The notes under the pieces are model-generated. The model worked only from the letters and a program-made list of their open reading frames with translations. It did no database searches and had not been told where the DNA came from. Shown in pieces: positions 13,363-27,984 of a DNA stretch of 64,000 nt. Positions within the stretch are counted from its first letter, which is position 1; every line of letters starts with the position of its first letter. The stretch comes from Gekko japonicus. Taxonomy: Eukaryota. A program made the translations under genes and the position numbers. The DNA is taken from NCBI RefSeq assembly GCF_001447785.1, contig NW_015176475.1, positions 629,869-693,868 of the forward strand, in the 5' to 3' direction.

Positions 13363-13854
13363 TTTAGAGTCATGGACAGGATTAGGTGGTCCCTAATCCA
13401 GATTAATTTGGGCAAGTGATTCCTAGATATTCCAGAAATAACTCTGAAAGCAGTACAGAGCTAAGGTTCTGTATTCAGAATGCTGAACTGGTGCTAGAGT
13501 CAGTGAAATGTATATGATCCAGTTTGACAATTAGAGTCGAAAGCTTTATAAAGTTTGAGTCCCTAACTACTAGGCAGAAACACTTCTACTTCGGATGGTT
13601 GAAGGCATTTTGGCAGCAATTGCCAAACCTGCATTGGACATAAAGCACTCAGACTGGGAAGTGAACCAACCTACTGCTGGCTAGGCCAGAGGTGTTTACA
13701 GTTTAGGACAAGCATCAGTTACTGTGAGAAAAGTCGTAACTCCTCTCAGAGTCATCAGCATTGCATATATAAGATGTTCTTTAAGGCATCTTTAAGAAAT
13801 TCATGTGTACATCTTCTGGAATACTGTTTTGTCTTAAATGTGTTCTGTGGACAG

Positions 13855-14075
13855 TTTGAAGAATTATTTTGAGTTTTAACCTCCCCCCCGCCCCTTTGTC
13901 CGCAATTGGTGAAGGACCGAGAACCCATGGGGGGCTAGCTGGGTAAGAGGTACTGTCTCTCCCTCCCCCACCCAGGTCTCGGTCACGCATGCCAGGTCAG
14001 CTTGTTGGTCAATGATAAAGTCCCGCAGGACAGCAGCTTTGTTGTTAATCGACCTGGCATTGCACAGCACCAATG
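13855..14075 (-). mobile_element. L2-type LINE endonuclease fragment
   Basis: LVLCNARSINNK...DLACVTETW, homologous to 50142-50339. Confidence 0.8.
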
Positions 14076-14251
14076 ACGGAGTTTTAAGGTAGTGCTGTCA
14101 TTGCCTTTACAAAAAAAAATCAATAAATTTGAAAAAGCTGATCTCGATTCAGCTTCATCACTGTTGGAGAATGATCTGTTGGTCTGCCATAGTTAAGCTT
14201 CATCTAAATTTTGGTGAATATATGGAGGGTTATTTACTGTCGCTCAAATAA

Positions 14252-14461
<210 letters not shown>

Positions 14462-15065
14462 TAGAAGGCAGAGTTTATGTATATTTAGGTGTAAAATATA
14501 CCACATTTATTGAATGACAAGTGGAAAGTAAAATTAATGCATGTGGCATTTCACACAAGTACAGAATTCAGCATCTTTATCTGAGGATTGTCATCTTTCA
14601 GCTTTCATTAATCATCAGCTTTTAACTCTGAAGATTAGGCATGAAAGTATATAGAAAATGCTCATGAAATCTCAGAATCCTGAGCAGAATTTTCATGGAA
14701 TAGTGCATCAGTGTTATAAATACCTTATTGCCCTTCTCTGTGACTAGTGAAATAAACAATGCAAATTAAGCAAATGTATGCAAAATTGTTTAACTTGTAG
14801 TAATCACACAATTAGCTGTTCTTGGTACACAACTGGATTACCTTAGTGTAGGCTCCCAATATACTTACCATTAAGTACTGTGTATATGAAGCTTGTAGCA
14901 AATGTTCTGCTTTCTTGAAATGGTATACTTGTTGAATGCACATATGAACAGACCTGAAGTAGAAGCAGTCTGTCTAATGCAGGCAACCAGGTTTCCTGTT
15001 TTTTTCACTGGGCAGTTTTTTATTCTTTTTATGAACTTGGTGGCTGTTCAGATATGGATGGATGA

Positions 15066-15218
<153 letters not shown>

Positions 15219-15329
15219 TGAATGATGCACAAGTGAGAAATATTGAATCTAACAACTTTTGGTCACCAGTGATTAAGTGTTTTATCAAGTATGTAAACAG
15301 GAACGACCCAGTAGACACAAGTGTTTCAC

Positions 15330-15750
15330 AAAGTACCTCTCCACAGGCTTCTGAGTGAACAAGTAATGTGATAAGAGAGCATATCCTTTAATGGATTGGT
15401 CACTGGTTTAAAAAGAAGCAAATAAATGTACGATTTTTGCAGTGGAGGCAAGTGAGTAGTGGGGTCTCCTAGGGATGTGTTTTGGGACTTTTGTTCTTTA
15501 ATTTATTTATAAGTTACCCGGAACTGGGGGTAAACAGTGAGGTAGTGAAGTTTTAGATAACACAAATTCATTCAGGATGGTAAAAACAAGAGGATTGTTA
15601 GGAGTTTCAAAGGGACTTCTCCAGCCTGAGTGAATGAATAACAATGGATGAAATTCATTGTGAGTAAATGCAAAGTGGTGTGTTATCAGGGAAAAATATC
15701 CTGATTTCACATATATGCTGATGGGGCCTGAATTCGTGTGACATCACGAA
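15330..15750 (+). mobile_element. Old CR1-like RT fragment
   Basis: Degenerate SGVS.G.VLG..LFN and KF.DNT.L motifs, many stops. Confidence 0.6.
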
Positions 15751-15942
15751 AGACCACAGTTTCCTCTAAGCTGAGCTCTAGGGGTGCTGGCACACAACAT
15801 TTCAGAGGCCAGCTCAGAGGATTTCTGATTCAGCTCACAACCAAGCTTCTGTAGGAAACAATGGAGGATGGGGACACCTCCTTCTGGGGCCAGTAGAATT
15901 AACAGATGTTGGTAATGATATTTATTTGTCTAATGATATTTA

Positions 15943-16270
15943 GAGAGCCAGTTTGGTGTAGTGGTTAAGTGTGTGGACTCTAATCTGGGAGAACCGGGTT
16001 TGATTCCCCACTCCTCCGCTTGCACCTGCTCTTGGAGAACTGGGTTTGATTCCCCACTTCTCCACTTGCAGCTGCTGGATGACCTTGGGCAAGCCATAGT
16101 TTTTTCAGAGCTGTTCTTAAAAGAGCACTTCTTGAAAGAGCACTCTCAGCCCCACCTATCTCACTTGGTGTCTGTTGTAGGGAGGGGAAGGGAAAGGAGT
16201 TTGTAAGCCGCTCTGAGACTCTGAGTGAAAGGTGGGGTATAAATCCAATCTCCTTCTCCTCCTCCTCTTT
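15943..16270 (+). mobile_element. tRNA-derived SINE
   Basis: GAGAGCCAGTTTGGTGTAGTGG head, GGTTTGATTCC B-box (duplicated internally), (TCC)n tail. Confidence 0.85.
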
Positions 16271-17683
16271 TGGTAAAATCACTCATCACAGTTTTAAAAC
16301 CCTGCATCTTTAACTTACTGTCCTGTCCATGTCTTTACATGAGCTCTAAAGGGAGAAGAGAAAATAGAAGTTGTTAGCAAGATGCTTAAAGTTCCTCCTA
16401 ATACATGGGCAAGATGTGACTTGTTTTGTGATCAGGGAAGGGGGTTCACTAAACTTTTTTACAGAGCACAATAGCAGATTAATTTTGGTAAAAATCTGTG
16501 CTCTGACTTAACCAAGCATAAGCACATTTAGCGTATATGAAATTGCAGTGGTTCAATACCAGACTGTTTTGGTATGTCCTGACTTAAATATGCCAGTTAG
16601 TAGATAAATGCTATTACGAATCGGTATATTTCACTGTAAAATTTTGCCTGCTTTTTACACTGCAATGTATATTATGACTTTACATTTGTTGATATGAAGT
16701 TTCAACTGTTGTGTTTTTAGTAACTGTTTTTACTATTTTGGAGGAACCCTGGGGCTCCTGCTGGTGTTATCAGGGGTTCCTCGATTATTCTTATTTATTT
16801 ATATTATTTATAGTCTACCTTTTTCTCTGGAACTCAAGGTGGATTATGCAGAGAGAGTTAATACAATTGACAGGATGGGCCATTCAGTGAACAAGTAGGA
16901 GCCAACCAGAAGTCTAAAAACAGAACAGAAGCAAAGCATAAATATTTTTTTTTTAATAAAGGTTTTATTAACTCCCCTAAAAAGGGGAGGTATTTCGCTT
17001 AAAAGAAAAAAAGGGAGGGGTAGACAGTGGGAGAAAGAGAAAGCTGAGTGATATATAAACTGGTAAATTAAACTGTTAGTAATGTCCAATTAATCTTCTT
17101 GGGCTTCTTCTGTGTGTTGTCATTTTTATTTTAGCAAAAAGCAACTGGTAATGTCATGATAACTGCTTTCTAAGCTTCTACTGTGAAGTTGTCTGTTATT
17201 GACAGGTATGGTTATAACAGTAACACCCAGCATTTAAGTACTGAGAGACTTTTCAGAAACTTTTTGTACAACTACTGTTTTTAAAAAAACTATTTGTAGA
17301 ATTCCCTGGACTGTGTTAAGGTATTTTCTGTTCTCTTTAACTTTGGAAAAGTATTTGAACTGTGACCTCATTAAGAGCTTATCAGCAAAGACTTTAGAAC
17401 TGGTATGTATATTTAACAGTTTATTTTGCTTGGGTCTGTCTGTATGATGTTTATCCTGCCAGGGAGAGGGATCCCAGAGCCAGACACAACTTGTGGCAGA
17501 AAGGGAGAATGTAAACATTATATTTAGAAAATCAGATTGTTGGAAGGACAGGGTGTGCATAGGATTGACTGTCATTTAATGCTATCTGTTAGTGAACCTG
17601 TGTAATAAAGGAAGAAAAAAAATTCTGATGGCATTAGTTAAGTCTTCTCTTGCATGCCTAATTTGTTTTTTATGTTTTGTTAT

Positions 17684-18101
17684 GAGAGCCAGTTTGGTGT
17701 AGTGGTTGTGCGTGGACTCTAATCTTGGAGAACCGGGTTTGATTCCCCACTTCTCCACTTGCAGCTGCTGGATGACCTTGGGAAAAGAGCAGTTCTTGAA
17801 AGAGCACTCTCAGCCCCATCTATCTCACGTGGTGTCTGTTATAGGGAGGGGAAGGGAAAGGAGTTTGTAAGCCGCTCTGAGACTCTGAATGAAGGGTGGG
17901 GTATAAATCCAATCTCCTCCTCCTCCTCCTCCTCCTCTTTTGGTCAAATCACTCATCACAGTTTATAGTCTACCTTTTTCTCTGGATCTCAAGGTGGATT
18001 ATGCAGAGAGAGTTAATACAATTGACAGGATGGGCCATTCAGTGAACAAGTAGGAACCAACCAGAAGTCTAAAAACAGAACAGAAGCAAAGCATAAATAT
18101 T
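17684..18101 (+). repeat. Local duplicate of 15943-16294 joined to 16807-16946 (SINE plus flank)
   Basis: Shares the SINE, its unique 3' flank (AATCACTCATCACAGTTT) and a 140-nt block ATAGTCTACC...GCATAAATATT. Confidence 0.9.
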
Positions 18102-18829
18102 AACATGACACATTAAATGATGCAAAAATTACATAGTAGGATCCTAATTTCAGTAAGATATATACACCAGAATAGATCACAGTCCCTAATCATTTATCCA
18201 AGTAGCTTTGTGAAACATTTATTGCCTGCATAGAAAAGCTTTCTTGAATAATTCAGTTTTGCATAGTTTGCAGAAAGCCAGGAGAGTGAGAGCCTTCCTC
18301 ACCTCCTCAGGCAGGCCATTCCTTAAGGTGGGGCTGCAACAGGCATGTGTACATTGATTTGTTGATGTTGCCACTTTTGCAGGTTGGCACCTACAGAAAA
18401 CCTTGCACTCACGAGCAAAGCTGTTCGGGGGGGGGGCGTTTAGGGGGAGAGGTGGTCTCGCAGATATGAGGGTCCAAGGCCATGAAGGGTTTATGTATAA
18501 TAGCTAATACCCTAAATTGAGCCTGGTAACTGATGATAGCCAGTGAAGATTAAAAGATGAAGAACGGTGGACATGCTTACTCAGCACTGTCAGGATTCTG
18601 TAACAACATAAAGCTGCATCGAGTGCTGTGGATGTTCATGCAAGATGATAGAGATGTTCCGTATATTTGCAGGAACTAAATGTGCATCCTTGGAATATTC
18701 CCTATGCATTGTGCAGGGATTCCATGGCAGATAGGCAAGTTGAATTGGAAAGCTTCTATAAATAGGCAGTTGGGGAAACTTTTTCCTAGAGCACGTTCTA
18801 ATGTTAAATTTAGTGGTGGTGTCTGATAA

Positions 18830-19033
<204 letters not shown>

Positions 19034-19241
19034 TGATCAACTTATGCAGTGGCCCTCCAATTGCTGCTATGCTTGGTAGTCCAGGTTTTTTTTCTACTAA
19101 TCAAGGGTAAAATTAGGGGCCTTGGTTTGCTGACTGAGAAGGGTGGGGGTGGGGACTGGAGTAGAAAAAGGAAACTGGAGACTGGAAGTGACTGGGGGGA
19201 GGTGTAATTTCCCCTCCTCCGTGGGTCCTGTTATTGTTTAA

Positions 19242-19538
<297 letters not shown>

Positions 19539-19622
19539 TAATGTTGGTTATGCTTTTTGATAAATATGTTTATAATCTTCCAAGGTTCTGAAAATTCAAA
19601 TATTGAACATTTGATGTTCTAG

Positions 19623-22561
19623 GTTCTCCCTCTGAGGTGGAGGCCATCTTGTGGGTGATTCCCATCCATCATCAGGGAGGCAGGACTAAGATCAACTTCC
19701 TGTTTCCTTTGGTGGGAGTCACCCCGGCTCAGTTCTTTTCCTGCCTCAGTAGGGAGAGCAGCTTAGTGTTAGAGCTCGCCTAACACTCGCCTTTTAGACT
19801 ATACTAGCAAATCCTTTCTGCTTTATTAACTTTCCTAACTGTTTTCACTCTTGACCCCCTCTCCTCTCTTACTTCAGTTACTCTGTCTCCAAACGGCCCC
19901 TGAGGGCCTGCACTACTGCAGTGCCTCAGCATAATCCTCAAAGGCTTCAGACCGGGAGCGAACGCTGCCTCCTTGGTAAGGGGATGAATGCTGACGGGCT
20001 CTCAGACGATTGCCATGACCATGCCGCCAGAAAACGGGCCGCGTCAGAGCCTCGGTCGTGTGCTAAGGCGCGGAAAGACGGCGAGACTTCAAAGCGTGCC
20101 AAAACAACTTCACACGCTCGAACTGAGCCCATTTGGCTGGCAGCGGCCATTTTGGATGAAACTCGCCACTCTTTTAATAAAGATGGGAACGACCTTTGGT
20201 GCCACAACCCACAAACGGAGCCCCCCGAGACCTCTGGTCAGAGCGGGGATGAGCAGATAAAGCATATTCAATCCTGCTTTGCCCAAGAGCCTGATGCTAA
20301 GGACAGTCAGCAGACGGGTAATGTTGATGACGCCCCCCCCCCCATCTCCCCTAGAGTGATGGCTTTCTTTCATCTAGTGATGAGGGAGGAAATGGCCCAC
20401 TTTTGCAGGGCGGGAGGGCACAATCCCTGCCGCTCCAGGTCACCTTCCTCCTCCCCCTCCCCCCCCGCCAAACGGAGAAAGGTGTGTGGCTGGCCAACTA
20501 AGGTGGCACAGAAAAAGTTTCCAGGAGATCATTTAATACCTGATGCTCGCATGGAGGGGGATGATGATGATGACGTTTACATTCCATGCAGCAAGAAGGC
20601 GGAGGGAGAGTTTTCCTGAAATCCAGAGGACGAAGGGGAGGCTGTACCTAAAGGGCATGCTCCTAAGGAAAATTCCTTTAGATTTTTTAAACCCAAGGAC
20701 TTTAGTTATTTGTTGGGTAAGACCTTGTCTGCTTTAAAAATCCAAAACTCTATGCGAGCTGGGCAAAAATCTGCCAAACAGCAGGAACCTTATGACGGCT
20801 CAGAGATCAGTGATGACATTTTTCCTCCTGAGGATTATACTGAAGCAGCCTTCCCCTTTCCAGATTTTTATGTGAGGAAGGTTAAGGCAGAATGGGAAAA
20901 ACCCTTGTCAAGCAGACCAGTCACGGGGGCCATTAAAAAGCTGTACCCTTTAATGCCTTCTGCCTCAGATCTTTTGCAGGTTCCTGCCGTTGATGCTCCT
21001 GTACCTGCGTTACAATCGTCTGGCCTACTGTCGGAAGACTGGTATGGTTCACTGAAAAACAATCTAGATAAGAGAGCTGAATTTGCCCTAAAGAAATCTC
21101 ACGAAGCCAATGCTATGGCTCTTAGGGCTTCCTTGGCAGCATCCACAGTCTCGAGAGCTAATATCGTGTGGATGTGGAGATTAATCCAGATGCTTCCTGA
21201 TAATAATCCAAGGTTCAGTCCTACCCAGGCATGGAGGCATGCCTATATTTCAGCATCCTCACATTTCCTAAAGGGAGCTTCGTTCGGGGATTCCCCATCA
21301 AGATGCAGGTTTCCCACGTGGAGGCTTAACACAGTCCTCTCTGCATTAACTAAAGGACCATTCGAACCTCTGAAAGATGTCACCTTGAAGTTCCTGCAGA
21401 TGAAGACCCTGTTCTTGGTGGCCATCACATCCGCCAGGAGGATATCTGAGCTAGGGGCTCTGTCAGTCCAGAAGGAACTTTGTGTCTTTCATACAGATAA
21501 AGTTGTCCTGAGGACGGATCCTTCTTTCTGTCCCAAAGTGAACACAAAATTTCACAGATCTCAGGAAATTTATTTACCTTCCTTCTCTCCAAATCCTACA
21601 CATCCAAAGGAACGTTTGTGGCACACCCTGGACGTACGGAGGGCACTAAAGTGCTACATCTCTAGAACGGCTCCTCTTCGACGCACAGAGGCCATGTTCA
21701 TCAATATTTCCCCTCTTCATTCGGGAAAAAAGATGTCTACCTCAGCCATCAGCTCCACCATCCGAACATGCATCGTGGAGGCATATAAAAGTCTGAACAT
21801 CAAGGTTCCTGAAGGCATCACGGCCTATTCCCTACGCAGTGCCGCCACCTTGGTAGCCTTCACCAATAGAGCTTCTGTGGAGGAGGTTTGCAAGGTGGTA
21901 ACGTGGTCTTCACTGTCCACTTTCATCAGGCATTATAAAATCAACCTGTATGATTCTGCAGATATGGCCTTTGGTCGTCGAGTGCTGCAGTCGGTTCTGT
22001 CTGCGTATGATGACCTCCCTTTTTAGGGGGGACTGCTCTGGGAGGTCCCACAAGATGGCCTCCACCTCAGAGGGAGAATGACCATTGGATACTCACCGTG
22101 AAGGGTCCTTCTCCTCTGAGGTCTGGAGGACATCTTGGCCCTCCTGGGTCGTCATCTTCTGTGGATCACTGACTGCGCACAAGGCGACCTCTAAATTGTA
22201 GAGAGAGAGGTAGATGAACACGTATGAGGGAATCCGACTCAACAGAGGGTCATATGACAAGGGGACATAAATGTTCCCTACTGGAAGAGAATTTCTTTTC
22301 TTGACTTTCTTCTTGTTTCCTTCCTGTTATCCCTAGTTTGATCACTGTTACACTGTTGTTTATGTTATTCCTGTAATATAGTTGCTCTAATGCATTGCTT
22401 TTCGGAGATCCAGAACTGAGCCAGGGGTGACTCCCACCAAAGGAAACAGGAAGTTGATCTTAGTCCTGCCTCCCTGATGATGGATGGGAATCACCCACAA
22501 GATGTCCTCTAGACCTCAGAGGAGAAGGACCCTTCATGGTGAGTATCCAATGGTAGTTCTC
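19623..22561 (+). mobile_element. DIRS retrotransposon (family B), internally deleted: ITRs, gag, YR and ICR present; RT/RNase H absent
   Basis: Left ITR 19624-19736 is inverted to right ITR 22412-~22528. ICR ~22047-22137 is complementary to both termini. GTTCTC is present at both junctions. ORF 20710-22026 is gag-like plus YR (SARRISEL, AYSLR, TFIRHY). Confidence 0.95.
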
Positions 22562-22788
22562 AACCATGGATGTCTGCATTCCTTAATGGCACTACTTTTG
22601 CCTTTTTAAAGCAATGCTGGCAAACTCTACAAGATAGTTTTTTTATTTGAACTGTTAGCTAGGCTGGCTTGCTAAGCATTTGTTTATATATATTGGCCAA
22701 GTACTTGTAAGATTTGCCATGCAAAAGTTACTTGCAATTTTAACAAGTGCTTTAAAACGAAGGTATTGTTTCTTGATACTTTCCCTAG

Positions 22789-22992
<204 letters not shown>

Positions 22993-23189
22993 TAACTTTT
23001 TCAGCTAATATATTATAAATAGTTCTGTAAACTTTGTTGATTTGAATATCAGGTTAAGGAGCATAGCTATCATTGTCTTCTATGACCACCTTTTCCTTTG
23101 TGATGAATGCAGCAGGCCTGCCCTTCTGATCTGCAGGGTGGGGTTTGGGGTTTTTGTTTTGTTTTGTTTTTTTTGAGCAAACTGGTTAT

Positions 23190-23780
23190 TAGGGATGGGC
23201 ATGAACCCAAACCATGATGCAAAATTCATCATGAATTTTGCTCTGTTCAGGGTTCATGAGCCAAAGTACCCATCATGAATTTTCATGAATTTTTAAAGCA
23301 GTTTGTAGCAGTTCATGGATAGAGCAGAAAACAGGAGTTTAAAAGGACCCAGAGTCCCTTTAAGCTCCTGCTTTCTGTTCCCTGCAGAAGCAGCTGAGCA
23401 GTGGGGAACAGCGTGCTCCCTGCCATTCAGCTGTTATTCGTGCTTTCTTGTGCAGTGCCTTTAAAGTTTAAAGCTACTGCACAAGAAAGCGAAGGGAGTT
23501 CCCTGCTGCTGAGCTGTTTTTTGTGCTTTCTCACGCAGTTTAAAGGGACTCATAAGAAAGTCCAAAACAGCTGAGGGGCAGGAAGCAGGCAGCTCCCTGC
23601 CACTCAGCTGTTTTTCACGCTTTCTGTAAACCCCATTTAAAGAGACTACAGTCCCCTTCAACTGGGTTTGTAGGGCCACGAGCCAGTTCAGTTCATGAAC
23701 AAACCTTCCAGTTTGATTCAGTTTGTGGTTCGGCCATGAACTAACATGAACCACATTTTTCCAGGTCGTGCCCATCCTTA
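23190..23780. mobile_element. hAT-type MITE
   Basis: TIRs TAGGGATGGGCA / TGCCCATCCTTA; 8-bp TSD CTGGTTAT at 23182-23189 and 23781-23788. Confidence 0.9.
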
Positions 23781-24179
23781 CTGGTTATTAACAAAGCAAT
23801 GGCACCTCAGAGCATGCCTAAATTTTCCCGTGGGAAAACTGTTCTCATGTTGAAACCAACTCCATTTCTTATGTTAGATCTTAATTAGCTTTATAAACCA
23901 ATTATGTTTTTATCATTTGATAACATTGCAAATAGTTTTATATTGCAGTTGTTTGCCATAACTAGAGATGCTACTTGAAAATAAAATCTGTGGCTCTAGT
24001 AATTTTTCTTTCATCTACTGTTCCTGTTAAGGTATGACACAAATTTGCTCTCTTACGCTGCCTCAGTAGTGGTTTCTCAGATGCACAGATATGATGAAAG
24101 GAAAATTGGAACTGTATTAGAATAAAATAGATACTGATAGCAACTTTTACCTTTTTTTGTAATTATTTTTTCTGCTAAG

Positions 24180-24353
24180 GCAAACCCCCCTGGTGTACTG
24201 GCTTTGCTGGATGAAGAATGTTGGTTCCCTAAAGCAACTGACAAGACTTTTGTGGAAAAGCTGGTCCAAGAACAAGGTACCCATTCCAAATTCCAAAAGC
24301 CGCGGCAGCTGAAAGACAAGGCAGACTTCTGTATTATTCATTATGCAGGAAGG
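24180..24353 (+). CDS. MYH10: MYH10 exon ([24 protein letters not shown]...IIHYAGR), 174 nt
   Basis: AG/GTAAG. Confidence 0.97.
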
Positions 24354-24938
24354 GTAAGAGTCCAGTACAGTTCCTTTAATCTTTTGCAAAGTATTCAATA
24401 GGAGTGTCTGGTCAGCTAATGAGCAAAATGTTTTATCTGTAGCTTTGATTGTTAGAAGGAAGGTCACTGTCTGAAGCATCTTTCAATGGAGTCACAATTT
24501 CCCCTCTTTGACCCTTAATAATTTGAACTATTATTAGCCAATGGCAGATATTCTCTTCTTGGGACAACATGCTTGAGCTGAGCAATCTGTATTTAGACCC
24601 ATTTCAATATGGTTTCAAAGCTGTTTTTCAAACTGAAGCTGCCTTGGTTGATCTCACTGAAAATGTTCTCTGGGAGAGAGATGAAGACTACAATTCTGTT
24701 GTTTCTTCTGTACCTTTCAGTAACCTTCAACACCACTGACCACAGTAACTTTCTGGATCAGCTGGCCAAGATAGGTATTGGAGGCACTGTTCCAGTGTTT
24801 CCATTAGTATTTGGGCAACTAGTACCAGAAGGTGGTGCTGAGGAACAAATGCTTAATTCAGGCATTTATGTGATAGGGTACCATCTTGTCTCCATGCTGT
24901 AACATCGGTGTGAAGCTCCTGGGAAAAGTCATTCAGAG

Positions 24939-26304
24939 CAGGAGTGTCAAACTCATTTGTTCTGACGGCCGGATCGGACATAAATGGGACTTTGTTGGGC
25001 TGGGCCATGTATACCATAAAATGTAATGCCAGGTAGCAGAGATATAAACTTTATAAAGGATACAAACACAATTAAAGATTTTTTAAAACTTTAAATAAAA
25101 CATGCTTAAAAACTAGTACTCTTGCAATATTTTGTTTATTTAACAGTCTCCGATAATTGACACCTCTTACTATGGATTCTTGCATCAAAATGTCTGTGCT
25201 GTAGCAATCTTGATTATGCTGTTCAGGTGTGTATCTCTGAGCTGCAAATTTATTGACATTCATTACAGAAATCTCATAATCAGTGTTCTGAACCTAGGAC
25301 CCAGGGGAAAACATGAAATGGCTGGGCATTATGAGCTTTTGTACATAAATTGCTTCATGTGCCAGCCAAGAACATGAGAAGGCGTCCTGACACAGACTGA
25401 GGGCTATGTGTTTGTCCAGAAAACTATAATCTTCCCCAGAGAAAATAACTACAACTCCTATGAGACAATGCAGGAACAGCCATGTATAGTGGGCAGTATC
25501 AGCCTACTATCTGGGACGTCCAGCACTGGTAATAATTGGGGCCAGAGCATTAAAGGACTGTCTTTTCCCACATGAGCCAGCCCATCAGCTAAGATTAGCC
25601 TTGGAGCCTCTGTTACATGTACCCCTGTCTTGTCTGGGAAGTCCAGGTTCAAAATCCCCAGTCTACAGAGGAAATGTGTTGAGTGAACTTAGTCTGGAAA
25701 CACACTCTCAGCCTAATCCACATCACTGGCTTGTTGTTATTCCTCATCTAAATAGTTCAGATTGCTTTCCTACTGAGAAAGACTGGATTGTGTAGGCATG
25801 AATATAGTGATAAAGGGGGAGGAAACCCAGCTGCACCCAGAAGAGCCCTGACATAACGAGCCCAACAAAACACACACTGTAGCAAGGGACACAAAAGCTC
25901 ATACCTTGAATAAAGCTTTTGTTGGTCTTAAAGATGCTTTGTATTTCTCCCATGTGCTTGAGGCAGCTGAGCAAAGCAAGTCAGGAGGAAGGGGAGGAGC
26001 CTCAGCCAATGGAGTGGAAGAAAGGCTTGCCTCTGTCTCCTGTGCAATTGAGGCAGCTTGGACAGGAAGCAAACTCGGGCTCATTCCCTCCCTCCTTGGG
26101 AGGAGGAGGGGGAGGAGCCTCTGCCATTGCAGGGAACAGAAGCTTGCTTGTCTATCTCTCCTGTGTGATTGAGAGAGTCTGGCAAAGCAAGCTGCAATGC
26201 AGCAGCAGCAGAACTGGAGAAAGAAGCAGCCTGTTCCTTGCAGGCCAGATAGGAGCCCTCCAAGGGCCTGATCCGGCCCGTGGGCCGCATATTTGACACC
26301 CCTG
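24939..26304. mobile_element. Non-autonomous hAT element inserted into an old L2 fragment
   Basis: TIRs CAGGAGTGTCAAA / TTTGACACCCCTG; 8-bp TSD ATTCAGAG at 24931-24938 and 26305-26312; flanks show degenerate L2 RT motifs. Confidence 0.88.
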
Positions 26305-27014
26305 ATTCAGAGGTTTGGTATTGAAATGTCATCTGTGTGCTGGTGACATGTAATTCTCTTTCTTCTAAATGTTACTAATCAGTGTCTACAGTGGCACTGT
26401 ATTCCTGTGGTGAATAACATATTTAACCAACTTGATTGGTCTGCCAATTGTGGCTCTTGAGATATCACTTGGCTTCAATTAATCTGTGCTCAGGTTTCAT
26501 TAATCTAATCTAGAGACAATGTGCTTTGTGTGGGCCTGCCTTTGAAAATTGCCCGTTATTACTTGCTATCACTTAGAGATAATGAATCTTGTTGGTATTT
26601 TAAGATCAACACTGGTTGCCATTTAACCTCTATACACTGGTAATAACTGGGACTAGAGCATTAAAGCATCAGCTAAGATTAGCCATGGAGCCTCTGTTAC
26701 ATGTACCCCTGTCTTCTGATGTATGGTATATAGGCACTGCGATTGGAGGCACTGCAATTGGAGCTACTTTTGTTGTGCTGAGACTCTGGCATTCCTTCTG
26801 TTTATTGTTCTGTCTAATGTCAAGCTTTTAAAGTTTTTGGCAGCAGATGAAATCTCCCACCCCATTAGTTTTGGATTATTTGTGACTGGTGTGTATGTGA
26901 GGTCCCATACCTTTTCCTATCAGCTATTTTTGTGCTGCTACTTTTTCCTCTTCTGCATTGCTTTTTAGATCTTACTGTTGGTTTTACTATTGGATTAATA
27001 TGGGTCATTGTATA

Positions 27015-27768
27015 TTAGAATCATAGAATCATAGAGTTGGATAATCTAGTCCAACTCCTTGCACAATGCAAGAAATTCAAAAATACCCCCACACCCCTAG
27101 TGACCCCCCCCCTTCCATGCCCAGAAGATGACAAAAAACCTCCAGGATCCCCAGCCACACTGGCTTGGAGAAAAATTGCTTCCTGACACCATAGTGGTGA
27201 CCAGCATGTAAGAAAGGGCCACAAGAACTGATGCAGCGCTTCCTGCCCTCCCGCTCATGATCTGCGTAAGTTCTAGTCTTTGTTTAAAAACCTCCAAAGA
27301 AGGAGTGCCCACCACCTCCCAAGGAAGCCTGTTCCACTGAGGAACCAACCTGTCAGGAAGTTCTTCCTAATGTTTATCCGAAAACTCTTGACTTAATTTC
27401 AACCTGTTGGTTCTTGTCTGACCTTCTGGGGCAACAGAAAACAACTCCACACCATCCTCTATATGACAACCCTTCAAGTACTTGAAGATGGTTATTATAT
27501 CACCTCTCAGTTGTCTCCTCTCCAGGCTAAGCATACCCAGCTCTTTCAGCCATTCCTCACAGGACTTGGTCTCCAGACCCCTCACCATCTTCATTGCCCT
27601 CCTCTGGACACGCTCCAGCTTGTCTATATCATTTTAACATTGTGGTGCCCAAAACTGAACACAATACTCTAGGTGAAGTCTAACCAGAGCAGGGTAAAGC
27701 AATGCCATCACTTCACATGATCTGGACACTATACTTCTGTTGATACAGCCCAAAATCACATTTGCCTT
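27015..27768 (-). mobile_element. CR1 LINE 3' fragment, inverted twin of 10180-10997
   Basis: MVRGLETKSCEE...GDIITIFKYLKG; CATAGAAT tail repeats at 27015-27035; same 5' truncation junction as the 10-kb copy. Confidence 0.95.
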
Positions 27769-27984
27769 TCACCTGAGGTCACCATGACTTCCAGGTGCAT
27801 TCACATGCACAAAAACATACACATTAAAAATACAAAAAATACCCCCCAAGAAAGCTAGTCTACCTGACCAAAATGATTTATGTTATTCATAGTGCATCTT
27901 TGTCGTTGACAGTCAATGCAGATTACACAATGTAAATCAATACAAACAACAGTGTGGAATTTACTTCAATAGCTCTGGTGATCT

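Noticed and set aside
15943-16020. tRNA gene
   Set aside because: A/B boxes continue into a SINE body and tail and recur in several degenerate copies; no cloverleaf is evident.
19825-19935. Strong acceptor in the DIRS-B 5' region suggesting a LAP2alpha-style myosin-gag fusion
   Set aside because: Splicing exon 19469 (phase 0) to the AG at 19877 or 19921 enters frames that stop within ~20 codons, not the gag frame.
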